From NCBI GenBank assembly GCA_951406725.2, contig OX597840.1, positions 3,596,001 to 3,660,000 on the forward strand: 64,000 bases of DNA, written 5' to 3'. This DNA comes from Octopus vulgaris. Lineage: Eukaryota. A program made the position numbers and the translations under genes. The notes under the pieces are model-generated. The model ran no database searches, was not told the DNA's origin, and saw nothing but the letters and a program-made list of their open reading frames with translations. The number at the start of each line of letters is the position of its first letter. Within the stretch, counting starts at the first letter, position 1. Below, piece by piece: positions 42,944-57,763 of this stretch.

Positions 42944-43299
42944 AATGCGGACGAAGAACGAAACGAAACGGAACACCTAACCAAACGTTCCTCTCATTCC
43001 AAATGAGTTTGCTAGCTAGCCGCCTTTTGTCACAAAACAATAATAAGATAAAGAAAACAATACAGAGAACAAACAGAAACGAAACAAAATGTCAGAAAAG
43101 ACAATAAGAGACGGCAAAGGCAGAAACCTTCTAAACGCCACATGATTGGCTGTAATAAACAGACGGATGTAGAAATGTCAAGTGCTTACGGTGCTATTGT
43201 GATAATTACATTACAGAGACTTGTCTATATATTATATATATCCCAATTGATTATTCTGCTTGTATATATATATATATGTGTGTGTGTGTGTATGATACG

Positions 43300-43347
<48 letters not shown>

Positions 43348-43530
43348 TGTGTGTGTGTGTGCGCGCGTGTGTGTATATGAATAGATATATATACACACGC
43401 ATGTATCTACACATATACATATACATGCATATACAAATACATACATATATATTATACGTGTATATACATATATATGCATACATATGTGTGTGTGTGTGTG
43501 TAGACAGACAACAGACAGATAGATAGATAA

Positions 43531-43583
<53 letters not shown>

Positions 43584-43759
43584 CACATACATACATACAT
43601 ACATACATACATACATACATACATACATACATACGCTTATTGATAAATAGATAGATATAGTAGATAGACAGATGCATAGATACATACATACATACATACA
43701 TACATACATACATACATACATACATACATACATACATACATACATACATAGGGATAGAT

Positions 43760-44047
43760 ATGTTTCTTTATTAGCCACACAGGGCTGCACACAGACAGAA
43801 CAAATTACAAGGTAGAGCTTTTCTTTTGGGGTAAAAAAAAGGGGGTTGGTTTTCGATCAAAATGGATCGTAAAAGGAAAGAAAGAGGACAAAAAGAGGGG
43901 AGGATTTTAAAAAGGGGGGGAGAGGAAAAAAAGTGGATCAATAGGGATCGTAATCACAGAAATGTCAATATGAAGTGTAAAGGGGGGGACAGGTGAGGTT
44001 TACCCGTGGAAAGAAAAGCCTACGGAAAAGACCACGGTAACCTCGGT
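43760..44047 (-). mobile_element. LINE-like 3' UTR fragment, longest copy of the 17736 family
   Basis: Same 3' end; extends about 170 bp further and abuts (GATA)n. Confidence 0.8.
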
Positions 44048-44089
44048 AGGTAGAAAGATAGATAGATAGATAGCTATAGAGAAAGATAG

Positions 44090-44135
<46 letters not shown>

Positions 44136-44287
44136 GTATTGTAACTGCCTATAGATTAATCTATACTTAATCTCCCCCCACATATATACGTGCACACACA
44201 CATACTCACACACACATGTACACACATGCATATGTGTATGCGCGCATGTGTGCGTGCGTGTGTGTGTGTGTGCATGTATTTATATAC

Positions 44288-44327
<40 letters not shown>

Positions 44328-44451
44328 CGATCCAAACCTACCAAGCTACCGACCTCTCAGTCTCTCTATATCCCTGTCTGTCTATCTGACTGCCTAACAG
44401 CCCATTGTTCAACGCCTGTTTCTCTATATACAAACACATCCATATATCTCA

Positions 44452-44510
<59 letters not shown>

Positions 44511-44981
44511 TCATATAGAGAGACGTACGGGTATTTATCGATCTGCCATGTGCACCTGTCTCTCTATAAATTTATATATACATCTATAGGTATTTTTATA
44601 ACTAGCTTCTGTCATCTCCCGCATATATATACATATATATATACACGTGTGTGTGTGTGTGTGTGATTTTTATTTTGTTTTTTTTTTTTTGTTTTTTTAC
44701 GATCTGTCTTCACAGCTTATCTTTCTCTACTTCTTGTTGTCTGCCTACTTATCTAATTATCTATTTTTATAGACTGTTTGTGTGTTTGTTTATGAACGGT
44801 GTGTATATGTGCTTGTCTGTCGGTCTGTGTGCACGTCGGCATATATATGTGTGTGTGTTTTTGTTTGTGTGTGTGTGTGTGTGCGTGTGTGTATGTGTGT
44901 GTCAATGTTTATCCTTCTGTCTGTCTCTTCTGCTTCCTTCCCTTTTCGCATTTAGTACCTCCTTCAATATATGTATGTATG

Positions 44982-45160
<179 letters not shown>

Positions 45161-45310
45161 TAGATAGGTATAGAAATAGATATATAGATATATATGTATA
45201 TATATATATATGTATGTATATATATATACATACATATATGTATATATACCTAGATACATATATATGCATATGCATATATATATGTATATACATATATGTA
45301 TATATATATG

Positions 45311-45355
<45 letters not shown>

Positions 45356-46164
45356 GTATGTATTTATGTATGCATAAATATGTTTATATGTTTATATGTG
45401 TGTGTGTGTATGGATGGGTGTATGTATGTACATACATACATACATGTGTATATATACTTGCCGAATACAAATATTGATGTAAAGACTGTCCCATTTTATT
45501 TGAATGCTGCACACACGTTTCTGTTTTATTCCGATTTTTATTTATAGTTGTATTTTTTTTTATTCCTATTGTTAATTTACATGTTTTCTTGGGACTGTGC
45601 TGGCGTTGGTGAAGGTGGTGGTGGTGGCGGTGGTGGCGGTGGATGGTGGTGGTCGTGGTCGTGGTGGCGGCGGCGGCGGTTGTTTTTGTAGAAGCGGCAG
45701 CAGTTCTAGTGATGCTATTGTTGTGCCGGTCGATGTGAATGTGGAAGGGTTAGGGTGTTATTCATCTAATTTCGTTCAGAATCAATAAAACAACAACAAC
45801 AAGAAAAGAAGATGAGGAAGAAACAGATGAAACGACAATAACCACAACAATCACCATAAGGAGTGCGAGAGGGAATGCAAGCCGGGGGAGTGAAAGATAG
45901 TGGGGGAGAGATGATTCAGTTGATTGCTTTCAATTCGTTTAATCAGTCAATCAACTGAACGTTTGATTAGAATAATTTTTTAATCAATTGATACCCGCCT
46001 TCATTTCTTTTCATTGTCGTGATCATCATCATCATCATCATCATCACTATCAACAACATCATCGTCGTCGTCGTCAGCAGCTGAAGCGACATTGACGACG
46101 CTGGCGTTAACAGCCACTGCGACTGCGGCGATGGCGGCGGCAGCATCATCGTCCTCACTGCCGT

Positions 46165-46990
46165 CATCGTCGTCGTCGTCGTCGTTATCATCATCACCAT
46201 CATCATCAAAATTATCATTATCATTATCATCATCATCACCATCATTATCATCACTACGATCACTGCCAAATCACCATCATCATAATCATCGTCATCACTA
46301 CATCATCATCACCATCATCCTCATCATCACCACCACCGTCACCATCACCATTATCATCATCATCGTCATCATCGTCGTCGTCGTTATCATCATCACCATC
46401 ATCATCAAAATTATCATTATCATTATCATCATCATCACCATCATTATCATCACTACCATCACTGCCAAAATCATCATCATAATCATCGTCATCACTACAT
46501 CATCATCACCATCATCCTCATCATCACCACCACCGTCACCATCACCATTATCATCATCATCGTCATCATCATCGTAATGATAATTATAATTCCTACCACC
46601 ACCACCACCACCATCGCCGCCACCACAACCACCACCATCATCATCATCATCATCATCAAAATTATCATCATCACCATCATTATCATCACTACCATCACTG
46701 CCAAAATCATCATCATAATCATCGTCATCACCATCATCATCATCATCATCGTCATCATCATCATCGTCATGATAATTATAATTCCTACCACCACCACCAT
46801 CGCCGCCGCCACAACCACCACCATCATCATCACCACCATCATCATCATCATCATCATCAAAATTATCATCATCACCATCATTATCATCACTACCATCACT
46901 GCCAAAATCATCATCATAATCATCGTCATCACTACATCATCATCACCATCATCCTCATCATCACCATCATCATAATCACCATCACCATCA
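46165..46990. repeat. Higher-order ~200-250-bp repeat built from degenerate (ATC)n
   Basis: caaaattatcat...atcactgccaaa block recurs near 46207, 46406, 46657 and 46858. Confidence 0.85.
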
Positions 46991-47124
46991 TCATCATCAT
47001 CATTATCAACATCATCACCACTGGCCCTGTCATTATCCCCATCACTAACTACATCATCATCATCATCATCAGTATTACTGACACAATCACGTCCTCCATA
47101 CCACCACTGCAATCACCACCGTTG

Positions 47125-47160
<36 letters not shown>

Positions 47161-47559
47161 ACATCCCAATTATTACTCTTATTATCGTCATTAATTATTA
47201 GGGAGGAAAGTCTGCTGATCGTGAACTTCAACAACACAATTGTTGGCGAGATTTTTTCCCCAATGGCGTTCCAACTATGACCATGCATCCTGTCTTAGTG
47301 TTACCATTGCTGTTGTTGTTGCTGTAACTTCTGCTGTTATAATTGTTATTTCCGTTAAAGTAGTCGTTTAACATTTGATAAATTCCGATCGAAAAGAACC
47401 ATAGAGAAAGATGTTCCATCCATGAACATCCATACTTTCGCAGAATTACTCAGGTCAAGAAAGCGCCCTGCATTTTTAAGGAGTTACAATATGGTTTTGA
47501 GTGAGATTTGGCTGCTATTTCGTTTATGTGTAATTGCCGCAGTAGTCGTCGTCATTATT

Positions 47560-48085
47560 CTGCCGAGGTCACCTTTGCCTTTCATCCTTTCGAGGGTCAA
47601 CAAAATAACTACCACTGAAACACTGGGGTCGACGTAATCGACTGGTCCCCTCCCCCAAAATTTCAGGCCTTGTGCCTTTAGTAGAAAGGATTACCATTAT
47701 TATTAAGGCGACGAGCTGACAGAAACGTTTGCACGCCGGGCGAAATGCTTGGCTGTATTTCATCTGCCGCTACGTTCTGAGTTCAAGTTCCGCCGAGGTT
47801 GACATTGGCTTTCATCCTATCGGGGTCGATTAAATAAGTACCAGTTAAACACTGGGGTCGATATAATCGACTTAATCCGTTTGTCTGTCCTTGTTTGTCC
47901 CCTCTGTGTTTAACCCTTGTGGGTAGTAAAGGAATAGGTATTTCGTCTGTCGATACGTTGTGAGTTCAAATTCCGTCGAGGCCGACTTTGCCTTTCATTA
48001 TTTTGTGGTCGATTGAATAAGTACCAGTTACGCACTGGGGTCGATGTAATCGATTTAATCCCTTTCCCCAAAAATTCAGGCCTTA
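47560..48085 (+). mobile_element. Cluster of SINE family A copies (tail ii fragment, then head plus two tandem bodies)
   Basis: Same unit junction (ggaatagg|tatttcgtctg) as the 6308 array. Confidence 0.88.
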
Positions 48086-48199
48086 TCATCATCATCATCA
48101 TCATCATCGTCATCATCATCGTCCTCATCATCGTCACAGTCATCGTCATCGTCGTCATCGTCGTCATCATCATCATCATCATCATTATCATCATCATCC

Positions 48200-48253
<54 letters not shown>

Positions 48254-48414
48254 ACTTCATCATCAAAGCGGTGAACTGGCTGAAATTGTTATCTTGCGGG
48301 TAAAAATGCGTTTGAGGCTGATGAAAGAAGCACCAGTTACGAACTGTGATCGGTGAAATCTATTATCCGGCTCCCCACGAAAAAATTTCAGGCGCTCTAC
48401 TTATAATAGAAAGG

Positions 48415-48950
48415 ATTATCGTTATTATTGATTATCGGTCTTATTCCTGGCAGGATTTATGTAAGTAGCGGGAACATTAGATACCCACTAGCTTCAGATA
48501 ATCTTTCAACTACGTAGAACGGTCCTAATAATCTTTCCTGTCTCTAAGAGCCAAACTTTCTGTAGGAACTCTAAAGAACATGCTATTCCAATCTTTTTCA
48601 GCCATTTGTCTATATCTTTGCTTACAGATCACAACGTACCAATTATTATAGGCAAAACCTTTACTATTCATTTCTTCGCCCTATGGCAGATAGATGAAAC
48701 CACTATTATTATTCGACCCCGAGAGGATGAAAGGCAAAGTCGACCTCGGCGGAACTTGAACTCAGAACGTATTTCGTCTGCCGTTACGTTCTGAGTTCAA
48801 ATTCCGCCAGGTTCGACTTTGCCTTTCGTCCTTTCGGAGGTCGATAAATTAAGTACCAGTTACGCACTGGGGTCGATATAATCGACTTAATCCGTTTGTT
48901 TATCCTTGTTTGTCCCCTCTGTGTTTAGCCCCTTGTGGGTAGTAAAGAAA
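48415..48950 (-). mobile_element. Composite element: inverted SINE-A body + SINE-A core + R4/Dong LINE 3' end
   Basis: Minus strand VKVLPIIIGTL*SVSKDIDKWLKKIGIACSLEFLQKVWLLETGKIIRTVLRS* (about 48665-48506), then a (TAA)-like tail; same junctions at 63511-63904. Confidence 0.8.
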
Positions 48951-48968
48951 CAAAAAGAATTGTTATTC

Positions 48969-49024
<56 letters not shown>

Positions 49025-49070
49025 GTAGTTGTTGTTATTGTTGTTGTTGTTATTGTTGTTGTTGGTATTT

Positions 49071-49120
<50 letters not shown>

Positions 49121-49123
<3 letters not shown>

Positions 49124-49780
49124 TAGTTTTATTTTTATAGCGTGCTTTCACTTCACTACCGAGCGCAGCTCTGTGTGCCTTGGGTATGTGCTGTGGTTTG
49201 TTGTGATGCTCTGATGGTTATTGTATGGAAAGTGTTCTGCGTAGGATGTGTGCAGTGCCCAGTAGTGCAATTTTCTGTATGTTATATGTGTTTGTAAGTC
49301 CTGGTGTTTTTGTTATGTATTTGTCTGAATATTTTTTTTATCATGCCTAATGCACCTACTATGATAGGAATTGTTTCTGTTTTCAGATTCCACATTCTAG
49401 TTACCTCTATTTCCAGGTCTTTGTATTTTGAGAGTTTCTCCAATTCTTTTAGAGACACGTTGTCATCAGCCGGTATTGATACATCAATTAGAAAGCATTT
49501 TTTTTCTTCATGGTCTCTGACAACTATATCTGGTCTGTTGGCCTTAATTTCTCTATCTGTGTGTATCGGCATATCCCAGAGTATGGTTGCTTTCTCGTTT
49601 TCTGTGACCGTTTCTGGTGTGTGCGTATACCATCTTTTTTCTGTTGTTATTCCATAATGTTGGCATAGCTTCCAATGTATGTAGGTTCCAACTCTGTCAT
49701 GTCTGTGAATATATTCCTTCTTAGCCAGGACTGGGCAGCTAGAGATAATATGATTTATTGTTTCTTGTCCATCTCCACAT
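49121..49780 (-). mobile_element. R4/Dong-clade LINE 3' end, young, inserted in (TAA)n
   Basis: CGDGQETINHIISSC (end of CCHC), HRHDRV, ILWDMPIHTDREIKANRPDIVV..LIDVSIP..EKLSKYKDL..PIIVGALG..QKIALLGTAHILRRTL*; one frameshift in the A-run at about 49335. Confidence 0.95.
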
Positions 49781-49830
49781 TATTATTATTAATATTATTA
49801 GCATTATTATTATTATTATTATTATTATCA

Positions 49831-49864
<34 letters not shown>

Positions 49865-49891
49865 CATTATTATTATCATTATTATTATTAA

Positions 49892-49958
<67 letters not shown>

Positions 49959-49964
49959 ATGGTG

Positions 49965-50046
<82 letters not shown>

Positions 50047-50587
50047 CTACTGTTATTGCGGCTGTTTTTTTTTTCTTGCTGTTGGTGGTCGTTTTTCGCT
50101 GGTTTTTGTTAGTGATTCTGCTGTTGTTATTGTTGTTGATGTTATTGTTGTTGTTATTGTTGTTGTTGCTGTTGTTGTTGTTGTTGTTGCCAATATGGTG
50201 GAAAGACCTCACCGAGTTGTTTTAATCAATTGGGTAATACGTGACGTGAATTTCGCTGCGGAGAGTTATGAAACAGTTTTCGGACTGGTCCATGTAACAC
50301 GATGTGACGGAGCGCCGGTGCTTTTGTATATGTGTTGGTGCGCATGTATGCATGTATGTATTTATGTATTTATATATGTATATGACTGAGCGTATACAGA
50401 TAGATAAATAGATGCATACATACATACATACATACATACATACATACATACATACATACATACATACATACATAGAATAGATAGATAGATAATACCTGAC
50501 GTTGCCTATACAAAGGGACATGGCTGGTAATTTTGAAGAGAATACAATTTGTTCGTCGGAGACATGTTAGTCAGGGACAGTTATATA

Positions 50588-50721
<134 letters not shown>

Positions 50722-50830
50722 CATACCTATATATATATATACATACATATATATATATATACATATGTACATATATACATATATATACATATACATATAT
50801 ATACATATGTATATATATATACATACATAT

Positions 50831-50861
<31 letters not shown>

Positions 50862-50999
50862 TACATATATATACATATATATATACATATGTATATATAT
50901 ATATATACATATGCATATACATATATTATATATATATATATATATATATCAACATGTTTGATATGTGCGTATTGCTACTTCAAAGTAGGTGCGAGCAGG

Positions 51000-52490
51000 T
51001 CTTTCTCTTTTTTTCATCACCATCACTCTCCCTCTCTCTCTCGTCTTTCTCTCTCATTCTCTCTCTCTCTCTCTCTATCTCTCGCCTTCCCCGTTTCTCC
51101 CTCTCTCTAATTCTGCTTCACTCTCTGTCTTTCACTCACACTCTCTACCACTCTCACTGTTCTTCCACTCTTTTTATCTCGCTTAATATTTCTCCCTCTG
51201 TGTCTCCCTTATTCTCCCTCTCATCTTTCTTTCATTCTATCACACAGCTCTCCCTGTCACCCTTTCTCTCTCATTCTATCGTTATCTCATTCCCTTTAGA
51301 AGTCTCTCTCCTTCTCTCACTCTCTCTCTCTATCTATCTATCTATCTCCGGCTTTTCTCTCATCTCTCTCTCACTCTTTTTCTTTCTCTCTTCCTCTCTC
51401 GTTCGCTCCTTCTCCCTCTCTCTCTCCATACATCTCTCTCGCTCTCTCTGTCTCCCTCTGTTTTCCTTTCCTTGCCTCTTTCTCTCACCTCCTCTCACCC
51501 GCCCTCTCTTTCTGTCTTTCTCTTCTCTCTCTTATTCTCTTTCTCTCTCTTTCTCTCTCTCTCTTATTCTCTTTCTCCCTCTTTCTCTATCTCTCTTTTC
51601 ATTCTCTCTTTCTCGCTTTCTCTCTCTCCATCTCTCTCCCCAAGCAGCTCACTCTCTCACTCTCCCTCTCTCTTTTCCTCTCTCCCTTCCTCTCTCTCCA
51701 TTCTTCTCTCCCTTCCACTCTTTCTCGCTCTCCTTCCCAATCTACCATCGACTTTAGCAAAGCTTTTAACGCCATTTTTACTTTATCCAATCATATACAA
51801 AAAAAATACACAACTGAAAATTTAAAGCTACTTCAGTTCTTATTTCTCCAAGAACACTTTTAACCAATTTCCCAATTTCAATTCTTTCTAATTTCATTGG
51901 TGCGGTGGGGGAGTGGCTCCATAATATGCTAAATTTAATACCAGTAATATACCGCGTTATTCCGATTCAATAAATTTCACATGATCGTCGGATCGCCAAA
52001 ATCAATGGCGTGTTTTAGTTATTTTTAATCCCTAGCTTCCTTCTCTGTCTTTCCTTCTCTCTTTCTCTCTATTTTCTTCTTACTTCTTCCTCTCTTTCTC
52101 TCTCTCTCTCCTTCATTCTCCCTCTCTCTATTCCTTTCTTTTTCTCTCTTTCTCTCTATCTCCTTACTTCTTCCTCTCTTTCTCTCTCTCTCCTTCTGTC
52201 TCCCTCTCTCTATTCCTTTCTTTTTCTTTCTTTCTTGCTCTCTCTCTCTCTCTCACTCACTTTCGCTACGTGTTTTCTCTCTTCATCTTCCCTCACATCA
52301 TTCTCTCTTTCTTATCTCCGTCTCTCTCTCTCTCTCTTATCTCTCTTTTTATCTCCCTATCTTATCTCTCTTTTATCTCTCTTATCTCTCTTTCTTTTCT
52401 CTCTCTCTTATCTCTCTTTTTATCTTTCTATCGCACTTATCACTCTCTTATCTCACTTTCTTATCTCGCTCTCTCTTACCTCTCTCTTTC

Positions 52491-52527
<37 letters not shown>

Positions 52528-52790
52528 CCCTTTTTTTATCTTTCTATCGCACTTATCACTCTCTTATCTCTCTTTCGTATCTCTCTCTTATCTCTCTCTC
52601 ATCTCTCCCTCTTAACTCCCTTTTTTCTCTATCTCTCTCTTTTATCTCTCTCATCACTCTCCCTCTCGCTCTCGCTCTCTCTCTTTCTTTGCTTGTTCCC
52701 TCATCCTCCTCTTCCTCCTCCTTCACAGCACGCTTTCCTATATCTCTCTTTCTCTTCTCTCTTTCTCTCTCATCTTTCCATCATAATTTC
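51000..52790. repeat. Long CT-rich polypyrimidine low-complexity tracts flanking a unique island
   Basis: Degenerate (CT)n/(CTT)n; the S/L/F-rich ORFs are artefacts. Confidence 0.92.
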
Positions 52791-53737
52791 AGTCTTTCGG
52801 GGTTGATAAAGTATCTACCATTTGCGTACAAGAATCGTACAAATTATCCGCTGCTCCTCTCCAACCAAAATTGCCGGCCTTGTGCCAAATTTGAACACTT
52901 TAGTATTGTTATTAAAAAGGCATCGAGCTGATTCCTTTAGTTCTGAGTTCAAATCCAGTCAAGGTCAACTTTGGTGTCCATCCATTTGGAAGTCGATAAA
53001 TTAAGTACCAGCTGCACACTAGGGTCAATGTGATTGCTTGTACACCACGCTCAAACTTTCATGTTCTGTGTCTATAGTACAAGGGTTATTAAGAAGGTGG
53101 CGAGGTAGCCGAATCGATAACACGCCGGATGAAGTGTTTAGCATCATTTCTTCCGTATTTACGTTCTGAGTTCAAATTCCACGGAGGTTGAGTGTCATCC
53201 TTTCTGGATCGACAAAATAAGGACTACTTAGGCACTTGGGCCGAAGTACTCGATTAGCCTAGACCCATCCCTTGAAAATTTCAGATCTTGTGCCTAGAGT
53301 AGAAAGCAGGCAGAATCGTTAGCACGCCGAACGAAATGCTTAAGGGTATTTCGTCTGCCGTTACGTTCTGAGTTCAAATTCCGCCGAGGTTGACTTTGCC
53401 TTTCATCCTTTCGGGGTCGATTAAATAAGTACCAGTTACACACTGGGGTCGATATAATCGACTTAATCCATTTGTCTGTCCTTGTTTGTCCTCTCTGTGT
53501 TTAGCCTCTTGTGGGCAATAAAGAAATAGGTATTTCGTCCGTCTGTACGTTCTGAGTTCAAATTCCGCCGAGGTCGACTTTGCCTTTCATCCTTTCTGGG
53601 TCGATTAAATAAGTACCAGTTACGCTCTGGGGTCGATATAATCGACTTAATCCGTTTGTCTGTCCTTGTTTGTCCTCTCTGTGTTTAGCCCCTTGTGGGT
53701 AGTAAAGAAATAGATATTTCGTTCGTCGCTACGTTTT

Positions 53738-53795
<58 letters not shown>

Positions 53796-54050
53796 CAGCA
53801 CCACCACCACCACCACCACCACCAGCAAGGCGGCGAGCTGGCAGAATCGTTAGCACGCCGGGCAACATGCGCAAGCGTCATTTCTTCCGTTTTCCACGTT
53901 TCTGAGTTCAATTTGCGGCGAGGTCGACCATGCATTTTCATATGATGTTATTCACGAAGTCAAATTAAAAATAAGTACCAGCGCCACACTGGGTACCCAT
54001 ATAAGTGACAAGATCCCCTTCCACCTATTTCAGACCTTGTGCCAATCATA
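52790..54050 (+). mobile_element. Cluster of about six co-oriented SINE family A copies of different ages
   Basis: Repeated ttctgagttcaa B-box blocks at about 52942, 53165, 53366, 53550 and 53900. Confidence 0.88.
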
Positions 54051-54558
54051 GAAGTGATTTGAAAGATATACCTGTAGTATATAACCACATATACACACAA
54101 TCAATTAACTTAGCTCTATCCAATATGTCTCCCAAATCTGTGCTTAAATATCCGACATAGACACTATTATCATATATCTTACAGTTTCTAAAAACTTTTT
54201 ATTGTATTTCTACATTTTTCTGTATTTATTATTATTATTATTTTTATTTTTTGCATTGCATTCATTGGTTTTGTTTATGTTTTCTTGTTATTGTTTTCGT
54301 GCTTTTGTTTGAGGTATTTTTTTTTGTAATGTTTTGGTTTGTTTTGCGATTTGTGTTTGCTACGTCTTTTTTTTGGCTTTTTTTTTTGCTTTTTTTTTTT
54401 TGCTTTCGATTTTGGTAGTGTTTTCATTTCTATTTTATTTTTTCTGTGTGTGAAGACCTCTTAAAACCATCTTCAGGATTCTCTGGCTATTGAAGTTTTA
54501 AGTACTCCTCAGACAACGACTTTTTTCTACCCATACATACATACATATATATATATAC

Positions 54559-54714
<156 letters not shown>

Positions 54715-54812
54715 TATGTGTGTCTGTATATATGTATCTCTATATATGTGTCTATAAATATATATTTATACACACACATACATATATGTGCGTATATATA
54801 AAACTACATTTG

Positions 54813-54850
<38 letters not shown>

Positions 54851-54972
54851 TAACTCTATGATTATTATTATTATGTACATATGTATAGCTACATATATAC
54901 ATATATATTTATATGTATATATATATATATAGAGAGAGAGAGAGAAAGATGAGAGATAGTGGAGACCCACAT

Positions 54973-55019
<47 letters not shown>

Positions 55020-55225
55020 ACACTCGATTGAAGCTGTAGTAGCATTATATATATATATATATATTTGTAGTGTTTGTATGAAACCTGTATAGCCGAACAC
55101 ACACAGAATTTGGTGTGCCTCTAATATTGCCAATGATTTCGTTATTGATTACGTTTTTCTTGATATTGTCGCCTTTATCATCATCATCATCATCATCATC
55201 ATCGTCATCATCATCATCATTTTTA

Positions 55226-55271
<46 letters not shown>

Positions 55272-55288
55272 CATCATCATCATCATCA

Positions 55289-55409
<121 letters not shown>

Positions 55410-55415
55410 TATCAC

Positions 55416-55475
<60 letters not shown>

Positions 55476-55494
55476 TATTATTATTATTATTGTT

Positions 55495-55551
<57 letters not shown>

Positions 55552-55732
55552 GTCATCATCATCATCATCATTATTATTATCATTATTATTATTATTATTA
55601 TTGTTATTGTTATTATTATTATTGATTTTGTTGCCGCGCTGCCTCTTTTATACTCTTTCATCGTTCGATACATTCTCTTTCATTCTGCCTGTCACATTCA
55701 TTACACACACACACACACACCTACACACACAC

Positions 55733-55768
<36 letters not shown>

Positions 55769-55826
55769 TCTGCCTAACTTTCTTTCTCTCTCTTTCTCAC
55801 ACCCTCTCAGACTCATTCTCTCTGTG

Positions 55827-55858
<32 letters not shown>

Positions 55859-56088
55859 ACTCACTCACTCATTCCCTCTCCCACTCTCCCTGTCTTTAAT
55901 TGACTCTCTCTCTCCCTCTCTCTGTCTTTCTGCTTTCCTCTCCCTCACCGTATACCTCCATCCCTTTCTCTCTTTCTCTCTCCTCTCTCTCACTTTTCCC
56001 TTTTTTTCTTTCCAATTTTTTCTATCACTTTTCACTTAATCGTTTCTTTTTCTTCCGCCCCATTCATCATCTTCATTTCTTGTTTTGT

Positions 56089-56157
<69 letters not shown>

Positions 56158-56547
56158 GCATAGTAGTAGTTGTGGTAGTTGTTGTTGTTGTAGTAGTACT
56201 GGTGATGATGTAGGTATTCGTCACTTTTCCATCCTCCTCGTCTTCTACTATTACTACTGCTGCTACTACTAATACTATTACAAACACTACTTTTACTACT
56301 GCTATTAACAATACTACTTCTACAGCTGCTAGTACTACTACTGCTTCTCTATTAGAACCACAAGAACACCAACAACTATTAATACTGATACTAATATATC
56401 TACAACTTCAATCGAGTGTTTTCTTTTCATACTTATATAATACAGAGACCACATTAGCAGTTTCTGTATACATTCACATGTGTGTATATACGTACATGTA
56501 CACACATATATATATATACATATGTATATGTACATATATAAATATTT

Positions 56548-56611
<64 letters not shown>

Positions 56612-56936
56612 CACCTAACTATTTTCCCAGCTCCATGCTTCCCTCTCGTTAAAAAAATATATATGCATGTATGTATGTATGTATGTATGCATGTAGGTAT
56701 GTATGTGTGTATGTATGTATGTGTGTATGCATGTATGTATGTATATTTATGTATATATATATATGTATACATATATATATATATATATAATATATATGTA
56801 TAATCGTACATGTAGATATAGATATGCACAAGTATGTGTATGTATACATACATATATACAATCATACATAACCAAATGCATGCATATGTATGTGTGTATA
56901 TATATGTATATACATATATATGTATAAATACATAAA

Positions 56937-56970
<34 letters not shown>

Positions 56971-57528
56971 TATGTGTATATATATATATATACATATATA
57001 TATTTATATATACACATACATATATATTTATATATATATATATGAATAGTATATACATATATATACACACACACATATATGTAAATGACAACGCTAGTCT
57101 ATATATCTATATATATATTCCGTAGGAGAGAGTAGGTATGTTTACGGCTGTGTTATTAAAAAGAATCCGTATGAATTCGTAACTCTCCTGTAAAGAAGAA
57201 AGAAAATGCTATGAGGAACAACGAAGAAGAAGCACTCCAGATAACTTGGCCGACATATCGAATGCAGTCTTAAAACGAAATATAAAGGAAGTCAAACTTC
57301 TTCAAAAAGAATATATTTAAAAAAATTTCTTACGCTGTTGTTTAGTTATTGTTATGTAGACATATATATATTCGGTAGGTTAATTGGATTGGCTTTTAAA
57401 CTATGTATTTGCATATAGCGAGCTAGTTGTATGTATATGTGTGAGCGTATATTAGCATATATATATGGATGAGTATACATATATATAGAGAGAAAGAAAT
57501 AGTTAAGGTAGGTAGTTGATAGATAGAT

Positions 57529-57637
<109 letters not shown>

Positions 57638-57730
57638 TAGCTAAATGGTTATATATATAGATATATGAATACATATACTCTTATATATATACATATGTAT
57701 ATATGCATATGTACATATATAAATATACAA

Positions 57731-57760
<30 letters not shown>

Positions 57761-57763
<3 letters not shown>

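Noticed and set aside
54450-54480. CTGAAGA on the minus strand with a short inverted repeat
   Set aside because: No GAAA box or hammerhead stems.
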